A stretch of 64,000 nucleotides of DNA, taken from NCBI RefSeq assembly GCF_009914755.1, contig NC_060943.1. One strand, written 5' to 3'. Made by a program: the position numbers and the translations under genes. Below are positions 29,503-43,597 of this stretch, in pieces. Source of the stretch: the human T2T-CHM13v2.0 reference genome, Homo sapiens. Every line of letters starts with the position of its first letter. Position 1 is the stretch's first letter. A model generated the notes under the pieces. It did not search any database. It was given only the letters and a program-made list of their open reading frames with translations, and was not told the DNA's origin.

Positions 29503-30764
29503 AGAGTAGCACGTTGTTACATAGATGACAAGTCCCCAGTGAATAGCTGCAGGATCCCTGCAGCCCCCTTCAACACCGAGCCAGCCGAGACATGAGTAGA
29601 TTCTCTCAGTGGCAACAGGTGATTTTTCTTCTGTGCAGAAGACAGGGGTGAACGGGCTGCCCATCCTTAAATTCTGAGGCCACACAGCTGCATGGAGGTC
29701 GGTTCAATACAGGCTCAGGACTTCCCATATCCAGGCACCAGCCCGATTTTTTATTTTTGAAAGTTAATCCATCTGTGCGGTGGATTATCAATAGCTGCTT
29801 TCCCTTAACCACCGCTTCACAGCTATCTGGGATCAGAGAGCAATTTTGGAGCCCGCAGCTAGATGATGGAGGTGAGGCCCTGGGCCGGGAAGGAAGGGAA
29901 AGGAGACGCGGCAGCTGAGTCTTTCTTGGCTGCAGCAGAAACAAGGTGGCTGGGGGTGGCGCTCAGGAAACCCTAGGGTGTGAGGCTTTAGCTGCTGGTG
30001 CCAGGAGTAAAGCCCACCGGGCTGCCTGCCAGGGCCTGAGGGTGCAGGGCTCTGTGCAGCTGTCCCCTCCCCTCCACGAACTGCCCCCTCCCCACGACTT
30101 CTGGGAAACGTCACCTCTTTACATCCAGGAGGCAGAGCCCTTGGTGTGGGGCAGCAGGGAAGGGCCAGATCCTACTGTGGCTGCAGGACAACCCAGCAGG
30201 AAGGTCAAAGGCAGGTGCGTGTCGGCTCCCGGCAGTCTGCAGACTTGCTTGGCTGGGTCCCCCAGAGCCTCTGAGGGTCTGGAATTGGTAGTTAACATTT
30301 AAAACTCAAGGGATTTCACATAAAAACCTGTTTCTGGCTTCTCTGGAAAATTGAGAGAAATTGCAATTCTCAACCTGTTTTGCGGGGAGAGGGGGGTCAG
30401 CTCTGGGCATCCAGCCCACCTGGCCCACATCGGGAACTGGAGTTACTTGCCAGATGCACAGGTGAACGAGTTTCCCGCCACCTGGTCATCCATGCTGTCT
30501 TTACCCAGGGCCTCTGTCTCCACTGTACGCCCTGGGAAAAACCCAGGCCAGGGGAGGGAGGGAGGGGTAAGGGACACTGGACAAGGTTGGGGTGTGTGCT
30601 GTGCCCAAAGAGGGGTCAGGCTGAGTGGGAAAAAGACTCCTGGGTCTGGAGGCCGGAGATGACAATCCTGCCTCCTCTCTGTCACACCGGGGACAAGAAA
30701 TGGGGAGGCAGGGGCCCCATGCACAGACCCTGCTGTTCCTTATCTGTTCTGCAACTGTCGTTTA

Positions 30765-31566
30765 TGATTATTATTTTTATTTTATTTTATTTTATTTTAT
30801 TATTATTATACTTTAAGTTTTAGGGTACATGTGCACAATGTGCAGGTTAGTTACATATGTATATATGTGCCATGTTGGTGTGCTGCACCCATTAACTCGT
30901 CATTTAGCATTAGGTATATCTCCTAAAGCTATCCCTCCCCCCTCCCCCCACCCCACAACAGTCCCCAGAATGTGATGTTCCCCTTCCTGTGTCCATGTGT
31001 TCTCATTGTTCAATTCCCACCTATGAGTGAGAATATGCGGTGTTTGGTTTTTTGTTCTTGCGATAGCTTACTGAGAATGATGATTTCCAATTTCATCCAT
31101 GTCCCTACAAAGGACATGAACTCATCATTTTCTGTGGCTGCATAGTATTCCATGATGTATATGTGCCACATTTTCTTAATCCAGTCTATCATTGTTGGAC
31201 ATTTGGGTTGGTTCCAAGTCTTTGTTATTGTGAATAGTGCCACAATAAACATACATGTGTATGTGTCTTTATAGCAGCATGATTTATAGTCCTTTGGGTA
31301 TATACCCAGTAATGGGATGGCTGGGTCAAATGGTATTTCTAGTTCTAGATCCCTGAGGAATCGCCACACTGACTTCCACAATGGCTGAACTAGTTTACAG
31401 TCCCACCAACAGTGTAAAAGTGTTCCTATTTCTCCACATCCTCTCCAGCACCTGTTGTTTCCTGACTTTTTAATGATCACCATTCTAACTGGTGTGAGAT
31501 GGTATCTCATTGCGGTTTTGATCTGCATTTCTCTGATGGCCAGTGATGGTGAGCATTTTTTCATGT
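30765..31566 (-). mobile_element. 5'-truncated young primate L1 (L1PA2/3-like), ~0.8 kb, ORF2 C-terminus plus 3' UTR
   Basis: Translation ...[25 protein letters not shown]...[10 protein letters not shown] (stop at 31010). 3' UTR carries the GAG (not ACA) diagnostic. Patterned T tail; possible TSD tgtcgtt(t)atg. Confidence 0.97.
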
Positions 31567-33675
31567 CGTTATGGAACATCTGCCTGCCAGGTGTACCCTG
31601 CACCCCGCCCCTTTCTATTCCCCAACTTTCACTACAGCCCCTTTCCGACTTTCCGAACCCCAGGGGCAACCACACTTGATCTGGGATGAATGGCTCTGTA
31701 TCCTCCATGGATATGGAAAGTCTGTTTTAAGGAATGAGACCCGTGGAGTGGGCAGGAGGGTCACTGCTTAGTTTGCCCTGCAGCACAGGAACCCACAAGG
31801 GTCCTGACTCCTGGGGCTTTCTGCAGACCTGAGCGCCAGGCCTGTGCAAGGTGCTGAGGAGGTGTGCTAAGTTTGAGTCAACAGGCAGCTGTGCACTCCT
31901 GCTGGAGCCAGTGTGGGAGATGTTGTGGACTGAGGGGCATCACAGGGGGCTTCCTGGAGGAGGAAGCCTGTGAGCTGGCGGGGAGTGGGGTAGGAAATAG
32001 GGGCATGCCCAGCAGAAAGTGCAGCTTAAGAGCTCTCCGCATGAAGCGCAGGAAGTCTTTCCCTGGTGTCCCTGGCCTGCTTTAGCTGGGGCACCAGCCA
32101 AGAAGCTGGATGGAGTCCTAAGGGCCCCTCCTCCTAGCACTTAGGGCAGCTCTCTGCCCAGCAGATACTGGTGGCGTTGATCCTTTCTCTCCTATTGTCA
32201 TAATTTGGATTCTAGGAAGCCACGCTGCAGACTGGTTTACCAGGCGGGAGGCTGGTGCCGAGCAGCCTCATTTGATGGGTCCTAATTACTTAGGAGCAGA
32301 AGTGGCTCCAGTCCTCCAGGTCCAGTTCCACCCTCTGGTCTCTGGGTAGCCCCCCTTCCCCAATGACATCTCCGCCACGCTGGAGAGAACAGCCCCTCTG
32401 GAATCCGCAATGGTGTCAGCCCAGCCAACGTGGGCTCCAACAGACGTTAATTGTGTCCCTGGAGGAGGCTTCCCTGAAGTTGGGGTCACTCCACTGTGTC
32501 TTCCGTAAGCGATTTGTGCATAATCGACAGTGCAAATGGGAAGGAAAAAAGGGAGGGCAGTCCCAGCTTAGCAGGGTAGGGGGACAAGAGAAAGAGGCCT
32601 GTATTGCCTTTATGGCCCAGGAAGGAGAACAACGAGGGAGGGGCTTGCGGACCACCAGGGGCCAAAAAGCTGCATCTTCAAATCTCCAAACCAAGGAGCT
32701 CACTGGGTTCTGACCCAGCCAGGCAAGGGGATGAAATCTTAATGGTATCTCTCGAACTCTGCAAGTTTTGGGTTTGCATACAGCCTGTCCTCAGTAACCC
32801 CCAAGATGAAGCTGCTGCGTGCTGAGGACTCGAGGCGAGGATGTGTTTCCCCAAGAAAGGAGGAATCTATAAGAGACATGATGAGATGTACCGTTCGAAT
32901 TGGTTTCTCTCCCAGAATATACATTTGTGCTGGTCGCGCGTGCACACAGCATACAGTGTAATTCACACACACGCACACAAATGCACGACCAGCCGCATCG
33001 AGATTCTTGGTAGAGGACCAGCTCTCGGATCAAGCTGGCAGAAGGAGGCAATTCAGATACGACACCCCTTTCTTTGGAAGGGTGCCTTCCCCACCTCCAT
33101 CCCCAGGGAAAATCTGCCAAATGGGCATAATATTAAGTAACGTTGGCAGGGGGCAGCTCACGGTCCCTCCTGACGCTGCTTCCTGGATCTGCAGAGATGG
33201 TGTCGTTGCTTTCCTGCCCTCCCTCTCTGCCTCCCCTCAGCCCGGAGGGGAAATGAGGGATGAAGAACGGGGTGGTGGCACCCTCTCTCCCCCAACACCC
33301 TCCATCCAGGCAGCACCTCTGGCCCCGGAGGTGCCCTCTCCCCGGGAGTGGAAAGAATCACCCGTCTCTTTTTGGCACCAGCACCCTCCTGAATGCCATG
33401 AGAAGCTGGTGACCTTCACTCTGGTCTCCATGACGACAAGATGGTATATGTTTAATTAGTTCAGGCTTATTTTAGGACCAATTTTCTTTTATTTTAGGGC
33501 AATGCGAGCTATGATAACTGTAAGCATGTTTACGAGGCGCGCGAGGCTTAGCTGAAATGTGCCAACAATTCTAGTCAAACAGATGGTGACCCCTGATTCA
33601 ACTTGCCCTCTCATTCAATTATTCAGCTGTATTTAATTTTCCTCCGAGTGACTCACGCGCCGTGCCTCCGGCTGC

Positions 33676-33689
33676 CCTCTAGGTGGCGC
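33676..33689 (+). promoter_or_regulatory. CTCF core motif in a CpG-retaining element (predicted)
   Basis: CCTCTAGGTGGCGC; adjacent TGACTCA at 33649-33655. Confidence 0.65.
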
Positions 33690-34689
33690 GAAAGACCACC
33701 TTTATGGCTGCGAGGCAGGGTTGAAAGCCGGGTCTCGGGGAATTTTCTCAGCCTGGCCTTGGCTGGAGAAGAGGATAATGAATTTCTGCATTTGAACAAT
33801 AGTTTCTGCCTAATATCAAATGATGTGAAAGGGTGGAAAAGAATTGGGTCAAATTGTATGTGATTTGACCATGAGCTCTAAGTAATCTCCTTTCTAATAA
33901 AGGAATTTGAAAGACCTTCCAGGCTTAATATCCTCCCAAATAATTTGTTTGGAGTTCAAGGAGTGTTATGGTGTTAGAGCTGTTTCTATGATTGCGGATA
34001 TGTTCTGTTTGCATTTGGAAAACCTCTTCTGTTTAATTTTTAGTAGCTGCCAGCCCACCTCATCTGGGACTAGGAGGATAACCTGAGCGGATTTTTTTTT
34101 TTTCTCTTTTTCCCTCTGATGGTTTCTGCCTGCCTTCTACGCTGTCAAGGCTTAGCAGTATTTGAAAACTGGATGTCCCTGTAAAGGGGAATGAAATTGC
34201 TCACTAAATATCTTTTCAAAGACATGACCTTTCTAATGCAGGAACCAAAGAAGCGTGTGGCCACACCCATAATAACAACACATTGGATTTCTCAGAACCT
34301 TTGGGAAAGGAAACAGCCTACTCAACTATCACCCACTCCACTTCATCCCATTCTGTAACACCTTAGACAGGAGGGGCTGTACCTTAGACATGCTCAACTC
34401 ACATTTCTTGTCCATCAACATAGCTAGGTTAATCAGAGCAACATGGAATCATACCTTTATTCATCAATCAGTTAAGAATTCATGCCTTTAGTATTGCTTT
34501 TTTTGATACATTAAGACAAGCTTGTAACCGATCACTCATATATTTTTCTCCAAGAATATCTCTCTTTAGAAATCTTCTTGGAAAATTATCTATCTTTCCT
34601 GTCCTGCATTTGGTCAAACCACAAGTAAAAGAACCAAGATCAACAATGACTCACATGTACACACACACACACATATATACATATATATA

Positions 34690-34989
<300 letters not shown>

Positions 34990-37900
34990 TAATGCATAAA
35001 CTGCTTCTAAAGACAACACGTCAACTTTCCATGGATTCACGGTCCAGGTTTTGGTAAGGAAGTTCACTTTACCTGAAAACTCTTAGTTCTCATTTTTGCT
35101 TAAGGGCAAAATCATGGCAATAGAAAGGTTAAAACCATGTGCACCGATTTGATTCCTGGAACTCCATTTTTACAGGCTTGGCTTTGGTTTGCTTTCCTGC
35201 TTTATCTTATCCACCGATGGCTTGGTTCGGTCATTCTGTGTTAGAGGTTCTGCATGTAAACCAGGGAATCTTTGGTTCAGGCAAGGGAGGGGGCTGTTGC
35301 TTCACAGCATGACTTTATAGGGGCTGATTGACGCAGGGGGTGGGACATGGGCAGCGGTCGGGACCTGATCCCGGGCTGAACAGCCAAGGGCCCTTACCAA
35401 GCCTCCGAGGGCAGATGCAGTTGCACCCTATTTATGTCTGGGACACTCAAACTTAGCCTACTGGGGCCACTTATGTTTTCAGTGCGTCTTCCAGGGGGTT
35501 ATGTGGGAGGGGGTTGTCTCAATTACAGCTACTCAGGCCACGCAAGTGAATTGTACTTAATACCTCTGCCCTCTGATTAGCCTACCAGATTGGACTCAAC
35601 AGCTTCCTCAGATGATCAGAGCCCCCTTATCCTTTTGGATAACTTTGTGTTGGTGGGGGGAGGGGTCTTTATCAAATCCTTTGGAAGAATTGGGTAAAAC
35701 ACCAAAGGGGTTTGGGTGTGTCCCATCTGAGCCCTTGGGGTCTCTGGATTTTCTGCTCTGAGGGTGCGACTGCACCCCTGTCTCCCATGCTTCATCTTCC
35801 ACAGGGATGCAATGACAGTGAGTAGGGGGCTTTAGAACAAGTCCTCGAGGTAGCCCCATCTGAGCTGATGGAGAGACTCTTTCTGGATATCTGTGGGCTC
35901 TTACAGCGGGAGTGTTTTTATTTGTAGGTGTGGGGTGTGTGTGTGTGCACAGACACATTCATAGAAACAAGCCTTCTTGATGCTTTGCAGGGAAACCAAA
36001 CTCTGGTATCCCCATCCAGCTTGGCTCCTTGCAAACAGGGCCCACGGAACCCAGGGAGGTAGAGACGGAAGGGATGGATTGGGAGGAAAAAGTCAGGGCA
36101 GCTTCACCAGGGAACACACTCTGTAGCCAAGTCACGATTTTAAAAAAATAAATGCCATAAAAATCATGGCTTCTCTGGACCTCTGGCTTCAATATGGGAT
36201 TTGTACATATTACATAATCTGTCACTATAGTACTGTATATTAAAGAAATGGCCCCGTGCAGAGGCAACCAGGGGGATGGGGGCACCGTCCCAGCCGCTGC
36301 CGCCGTCCTCCCCTCCATCATGGGCTGGGACGCTGTCAGCTCCACCACCTGCCCCACGGTCCTGCCACGTTGCTGAGATCCCAAGTTACTCTGCCTCCTG
36401 GAACGTCATTTGTTTTTCTTTGTTCGGAAGACAGGCTACATGAGCATTTGCGTGAGGCCATCTGTATCTCTGCAAAGAAATAATGGAGCAAGGTAGAAAA
36501 TGTCTGGGTGGGGAAGACCCCAGTCTGTGGCAATGGCTGAAGATGGGGCAGGGGCCAGAGAAACTTTCTCCAGGGTGTGATGTCTGAATCCCTGTGCCCA
36601 GGAAAGGGCCTGCACAACTTCTTTGCCCCTTCCCTCTCTCACGTTCTCAGCTTCTGCATTTACTCCCCACAGCTCCTTTCCCTCCTTGCAGTCCTCATTT
36701 GCAGAGTTCTGTGAAGATCATTTTGGGAGTGTGAGCTGTCTCTAGCCAGCTCATTCTGCAGTAGCAGCGAGCACCCCCCAACTCCCAGGAATCAACCCCC
36801 AACACACACACACACTTTTTTTTTTCTTTTGCAAAGGGCCAACTCTGTTTTTTTCCTGAAGGTGGCAGTGAAAGAAAAAAAATGACTCCCTTAGAAGAGT
36901 TAGGAATTTTATTACAAACCAGATGGAGCCGCGGGCATCCCCGTTGTGTGTCCCCCACCCTGTGAGTGTGTATGTGTGTGTGCACACCCAGGGGCACTGA
37001 CAATGGAAGCTGCAGCCCCCCCAAGTGGGGCTCACACAGGGCGCGGTGGCCTCCCCTGGCACCGTGGCACCGTGGCCCAGTGGCCCAGTGCCAAGTGGCT
37101 GCCGTGCTCAGCCAGCCTGCTCTTCGTCCTCCCTCTTAGTCCCTTACCAAGATAATTGAGGATATAATGGCGGGGAAGGAGCCCGCCGGCTCCCGCGGGC
37201 TGTCAGGTATCTGCGCGCGTCTTCATGTCATCCGTCAGCATTGAGCTCCTCTGTCATCTCTCCTCAGCCTTCAGCGTCGCACACTCTCATCGCCTTCATT
37301 ATCTCGGCTCAGGCCAGCCCTCCCCCCACTCCCCCCATCCAGTAAATGCATCTTTGTGCAACTCTCAGTCTCCGATTATGAATCGATGATCATGTGGTAT
37401 AAGAGAGATAGATGGCTTTTAGTTCCATCCTGTCTCCCCTAATTGTAAAATATTAGTTACATTACACTGTGTCTTTTGATTAATGGAACTTATTTGGAGT
37501 AGCCTATCCGATCCCTCCCCCTTCTAAAGTCCTCCACTGACTTTTGAGAATTGAGTGATTTCACTTAAAGCAGACAAATAGGCCCTTCAGCGAGGAGATA
37601 GCAAGACTGTGATACTGTGGGCAAGACAGGCTGTACAGACAGAGTTGTGTATTCCAAAGAAAGGCTTCAGCCCGGCCGGGCAGACGCGGGGCTGCAAATG
37701 CATGCCTGGGCCGGGGAACTTCCTTCCCTTCTTTATTTCATCCTCTTTTTGGCAAATCTAGCCCATCTTGCTGACTTGCAAAACAGGATGTGAAACAAAA
37801 TTTAATTAAAATTAAATAAATTGCAGATTTGCTACATTCCCACATGTGGCTCATGAGAAACCAGTCAAATCTGAACTTTGATGAATTCGAGCTCTCACTC

Positions 37901-39529
37901 TACTGGGCTCCCTTCTTAGTGTACAGGACGGGGCATCAAAGGGGCGTTCTGCTGCCCACGTCCGACACAGGGAGAGATATTTATCTTTAAAGCTGAATTT
38001 ATTTTACTTGGCACTATTTACTTAAATATGGTCCGTTGATAAAGTAAGCCCTTCCCATACAAAAGGGAAGTCGGTGGCTAAATCTCTTATTATAAATAAT
38101 CACTATCAGTGTAAACTCAAGGTCACGTTCACTTTCAACCTATGAGCTCAATTAAAAAAGGTCTATTTACTGTCGATGTGTATAATATCTATATGTCAGG
38201 GAAACAGGGAGACTTCATAAACAAATCAAATTTTCAGCAAAGAAAGGCATTGCAGCTTAGGAATTTCAGCATGCATTTTGAGGGAGCACTTTCAGGCCTC
38301 CTGCTGTATAAAATACACACAAATATTTATGTCTATTTTATAGAATATGCCTAGTATTTCATTCTGACCTTTGGATTTTTTTAAAAAAAACTTTTATTTG
38401 CATGATTCTTGAACACACTGACTATTACGTATTTTCTGGGGACATGCTATTTCACTTAATGCACTGGGCAAAAGATTGATTTTATTACGTGTAGAGAAGC
38501 TGCAAATGTTTTACTTTATTTTTTAAAAAAGAGCATAACAATGTGTTTATGACTGCTAAAAAAAAAAAAAAAGGGCAGGCAGCAAAACAAACCAAGCCTG
38601 AGTTTCAAATTCATTCTGAGGATTAAACACCCAGAAAACACGGAGATTAGAGATTGGAGGGCTGAGCCCCACCGGTTCAGTCCACCTCCCATCTCCTGCC
38701 CAGGGCTGTGCAGGGGGCCTCACAAGTGTCTGGAGAATCAACATCCACATTTGTTCTGGATTAATAACTCAGGTGCCCGGATCTCTCCTTCCCAGCACCT
38801 GAGCCTCGATTTTGGAATTTCTGTATTTCGTTTTCATGTGTGTTTTGAGTCCTTGCTTTGAGGAGAGTGTGTGCGTGAGGACTCTTTGTTCTGAGTGTCA
38901 AGGGACTTTTGTAAATGTCAGCTGAGTTTCGGCTGCTGTGTCTAATAAACCTCCTTAGGGCTTAAGATGCACTTTCTCCAAATTTTCATCAGCAGCATCA
39001 CTCACTTAGTTATCTACATCCATCATATTTTGAGAGTCTTTTATAGAATATTCTTAATACAGCGTGTGAATGCATATTGACAATTGTTGGCACTTTTATA
39101 TATTCCGCGATACACATTTATCTGTTATGGATCCATAATATCAAATGTGTAGTAAAAAGCTATATCAAAAGGCAGTTATCCCACATGCATAAAACACTCT
39201 CACATGGTTGCTTTAATTTTCTTACTACAGCTTTTGAAACCCCCACTTAATACTGATGGACTCCCATATTTCATTTAAGTGTGTGCCTGAGAGGAGCTGA
39301 GTTGCTTCTAAGGCGAGTGGGTAGCTCTGGCTCTTACTGGGGGAAACTCTGTGTTGGGGCTAAGCTCAGAGCATGGGAGCCTACACATCACCCTGGCTGG
39401 CCCTCCTGGTAGCGCTCTGGGCTGGAGATGTTTCACCTCCTGGGGACTGGCTGCAGAGAGGGTGGTCTGAGCCTCCAGGGACCTGGCCTCCCCTGAATAA
39501 CAGCAGCCAATATTTATGGCCATAGCCTT

Positions 39530-39740
39530 TGACAATATTGGCCCGCTCTGCTCCACATTCTGTGCTGAGCTCTCGATGTGTGTCATCCCCTTAGACCTGG
39601 CCATCCATTCGGAGAGAGGCACTAGCCTGAGCCCCTTTCACAGATGAGAAAACTGAGGCTTTGGAAGGAAAGAGGGACTTGTTCCAGGCTACGCAGCTGT
39701 TAAGAGCTGAAGGTAGAGAGCTGTCTGCCTCCAAAGCTGA
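39530..39740 (-). mobile_element. MIR fragment
   Basis: cccctttcacagatgagaaaactgaggctttgg. Confidence 0.65.
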
Positions 39741-41179
39741 GAACAAAATGTTCTCCTTCCTTCTTGAACCTGTCTGCCTGCATCTGGAATTATTTGGAGC
39801 TTTACGCTAACCTAACACTGGATATTATCCTGTTGTTTTGAAGATTCAATGAGACATTGATTTGTGTACAATACCTGATCACAGTAAGAGCTCAAATGCC
39901 AAAAACATGTCCGTCTGTGAGGGCAGAGGGGATGTATAGGCAGCATACCCTGTCCAAACAGGAACATTTTCTTTCAGGAAATGCTCATTGCTGCTTTCCT
40001 TTTTCAGTTTTCTAAATCATTTTGGGAGGGGAGAGAGTTTAGAAAACTCGTTTATTTGGGTAAGATTTCTGATGGGTTGTGGCTATTCCTGGGACAATGT
40101 GATTGTCAGGAAATGTTATCAAAATGAGGAGATTCCCTCTCAAAGGTACATGGCCCTGGCCTTGGGAAGAGACATGGATGCACTTGTCATGTTTGGAGTG
40201 ACCAGCAGGGACCAGGACCATCTGGGGGCAAATGCCTTCCTGAGACAGCGTTCCCGTGTGTCCCGTGGAACAGGGAGGGCAAAAGCTCCTAGTGAATTAT
40301 AAAGTCTGCTGCATGTGTGAGAGAAGACAATGGTGGCATTAATGGTGAAAATAAAGAGAAGAATAAAAAAACAGGTACACAGGCTTGTTCCTGAAGGCTG
40401 CAAGAAACAGAATTAGATTTTGTTGCTAGATACCAGAAAGTGAAAATTTCAGCGTGGCTTTTCATTTGGCATCATGGATTTTAACAAAATAAAATAAACA
40501 TCTGGTTGTTTGAATGCCAGTGAGGCACCCTCTTTCCCACCACCCTGCCCCCTGATTCAGCCAAACTGTGTGTGTAAACACTGTCTTAATTGACTTCAGG
40601 TTAGGGAAGTCTGGAAAACAAGCTTAAATTCATAAAACTGGAATGGACATCCTTGAGGCCTCTCCAATCATCAAACAGTAGGTATTTATTTATCAACCAC
40701 TTACTGGGCGCACGGCTTTGTTAGGTATCAATGGGGAACAAATGCCGGTAATATTGGTCCACCATCCTAGAGGAGGCCACATTTGGGGTGAAAAGACTCT
40801 TCTAGCAAAACAAAGGTCCAGTGAAGAACTAAGTCCTGTTGTAGAGAAAGGGGAGAAATGGGGCCTTCTGAGGATGGGAGGGGATGCCAGAGAGGAAGCG
40901 ATTTGAAAGGGATTTGAATCCGGATAATTATGCTGGCGATGAGTTTGGTAAGGAAGCCTCATTTAGTTCACATTCAGGTCGAGTCTCTCTCTTTCTCTCT
41001 GTATAAAGATGTGTCTATTTTGAGACTCAGGAAAGAAATGATTCTATTTGCAAAGTAGATATTTGTTTGTTGTTTATTAATCATCACGAACAGCTTTCCA
41101 CTGGATTCACTGGCACTAAATGGCTGCCCTTCAAATCTTATCCTTAAAGCAGGATCTTGGGGTTCTCTGGTGGTTCAGA

Positions 41180-41345
41180 GAGGAGGGGTTTGGAGCCAGA
41201 CCACTTGGTTTCATACCCAGCTGCCCCATTTCCTGCGTCACCCAGGCACATGACTGTCTTTGCACCTCAGTTTTCCCGTCTGTAAAATGGAAGGATCGTA
41301 GTAATTGGGACTTACCTTACAATTTGTGTAAGGACTGAATGGCAC
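41180..41345 (+). mobile_element. MIR fragment
   Basis: ttggagccagacc...cctcagttttcccgtctgtaaaatgg. Confidence 0.7.
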
Positions 41346-43562
41346 ATAATCAGCTGTCCCATTCTTAAAACCAAAGTGAGGAGGATCTGATAAAAACCAC
41401 TCCTCCCCTGCAAACAACATGATTTTTGTTTTCCTTTTGGCAATGCTTGGTTTTTTTTCTCTTTCATTTTAGCAAATCATTGTAGAAGGAATTTTGCAGC
41501 TTGACTGAAGATACCGGCTAACTATTGTGAGTAGTTTATAGCCTGGTGGTCAGTGAGGCTGCTGCTTACGGTCTGAGCTAGGAAAGGCAGAAGAACATGT
41601 TTCTAGAGGAGTTAAGGGCTGGAGGTGGGGAGGGAGATTTGTTTGCACAGACCAGAGGCCTCCCAACAAAATCTCCAAGATCTTTCAAAAGCAAATCAGA
41701 CCGCTGACCAGCTGGCTGAGCCGGCAGAGTTGAGCAGGATCTTTCTGTATTAACCGTGAGGTCTGCTCAGGAGACCACCTCCGCTGGCCCACCCCCCACA
41801 TGCACATGAAAAAAGGAGGCAGACTTTGCATCAGGGCGGTCGTCTCCAGAGATCTGCGGCCAGGGGACAAGCCCGTCCCCGCTCGGATCCCAGGCCAGAT
41901 GGAACAGGAAGATCCGGATACTAAAAATCAACTTGTCACCGAGACATTCCTCAACTGTTAATCAAATTGGGGCTGAGGGTGAGGGGGTGGGAATACCAAA
42001 AGGACATCAAAGGGGGTCTCACGCCCAGACTCCGCTCCGTTTCAAGGCTCTGTAATTTGGGAAGGTTGTATGCTAAATAATTTGCGAGGCTCCCAACATG
42101 CAGGTTATTGTTTGTGGACAGATGGTGCATTGCGTTTTATCGCTTTTCCTTCTGTGGGCCCTCATATGTGGGACTGATGTGTATTGTGAAGTCTTTGTCT
42201 CCTTGCTAAAATCTCTAATCTAAAACAGGCAATCAAGCACAGAGGCAGGGCTTCAGAAGGCATCATCAGAGTTTTAAAAGCAAAGAAAAAAAAATGGGGA
42301 GGGGGGAAACCAGACATCCAACTGCAGTTACGAGGCAGATGTGTTTGCAGAGAACGTGAGAGGTTATTAGGGTATTAAAAGTGGACAAATGAAAGGGATT
42401 CGGAAGCACAGAGGGAGAGAAAGGGCCACGCTGTGGCAGTGGTGGGCACCCGGGTGGTGATGCCTAGCATCACCCCTGCCTGCAGCCTCTGCCCGGGCCT
42501 CCACCTCCCCTCCAGAGACCGGGGGTCTTTGTCTCTGCAGGCGGTCATGGCCGGGCCTGGGAGGCCCCCTCTCGGATCCCAGGCTGCCCTTAAGAGTTAA
42601 ATCATGTGGATATACAGGAAGGAAATGAAATAGACGAACTTGCTCCTCTTTTCTTCCTACGGATTTTTCTTTTTGATTCTGAAGATAGAATTACTATTTG
42701 TAAGCATCTGAAAGTCATTAGAAACCCTGCAGTCTGTCAGGTGCCGACGCAAGAAACTGCTGAAACCAAACGGGTGCCTGCACCGAGGGCTGGGAATTCA
42801 TCATGTGCTGATGAGCAGTTATAATAATATATGAGCAAATCACAAGCATTCTGCAAATTAATCAAATTTTTTTCCCCTTCTCCCTTGTCTCTGGGAGAGT
42901 GGCTTTGCAGGCAGACGTAGGTGAAGCAGTTTTACTCACAGATGGTCGCTCTGGCATCAGATGGAATTTATATAACAGTAATTCTGATTCTTTGCCAAAG
43001 AGGCAGCGAACACACCAGGGAGATTGTAGAAGGCAAGTCATGTGGTTTTGCTGAGGTTGTTGTGGGAAGTTTAAGGGGGGAAATCTCAAATTTTCCTCTT
43101 TGCCTTTACTGTTTTTGCCTGAAGGGCCAGAAACGGAACGCCGTTCTGCCATGGGCGAAATCCGTCACGTCTTTTCTCGCGACTTGTGCTGAAAGAGTGC
43201 TTCGCAGCTGTTGCAACTGCTGGCGGTGACAGAGCCCCAAGACTCCGGCTCCTGGCTGGCTCCTTACAAGATTTAAAGGGGAGAGGGTTCAGAAGGTGGC
43301 CACGCTGCACACTAGGAAGAGGCAGAGCTGCCTCCTCGCACGCCCACAGCGCTTACTTACCCTTCTGCTCCCTGTGGCATTGCTAAACCTATAAGGGCTT
43401 TTCTTTTGAAGTGTTTTATTAAATGAAGAGTCTAACAACCCTCACTTTAATTACACACGGGCTCCGTTTATAATTCCTCTGGATTTATTCAAGTAGTTGA
43501 AAACGATGGTGCCTGGTGATTAAGCTGATCATCTTAGTTTAGCAGCTCCAAAACCTGGGGGG

Positions 43563-43597
43563 GAGAGAGAGAGAGAGAGAGAGAGAGTGTGTGTGTA
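43563..43597. repeat. (GA)n(GT)n microsatellite
   Basis: Directly visible. Confidence 0.9.
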
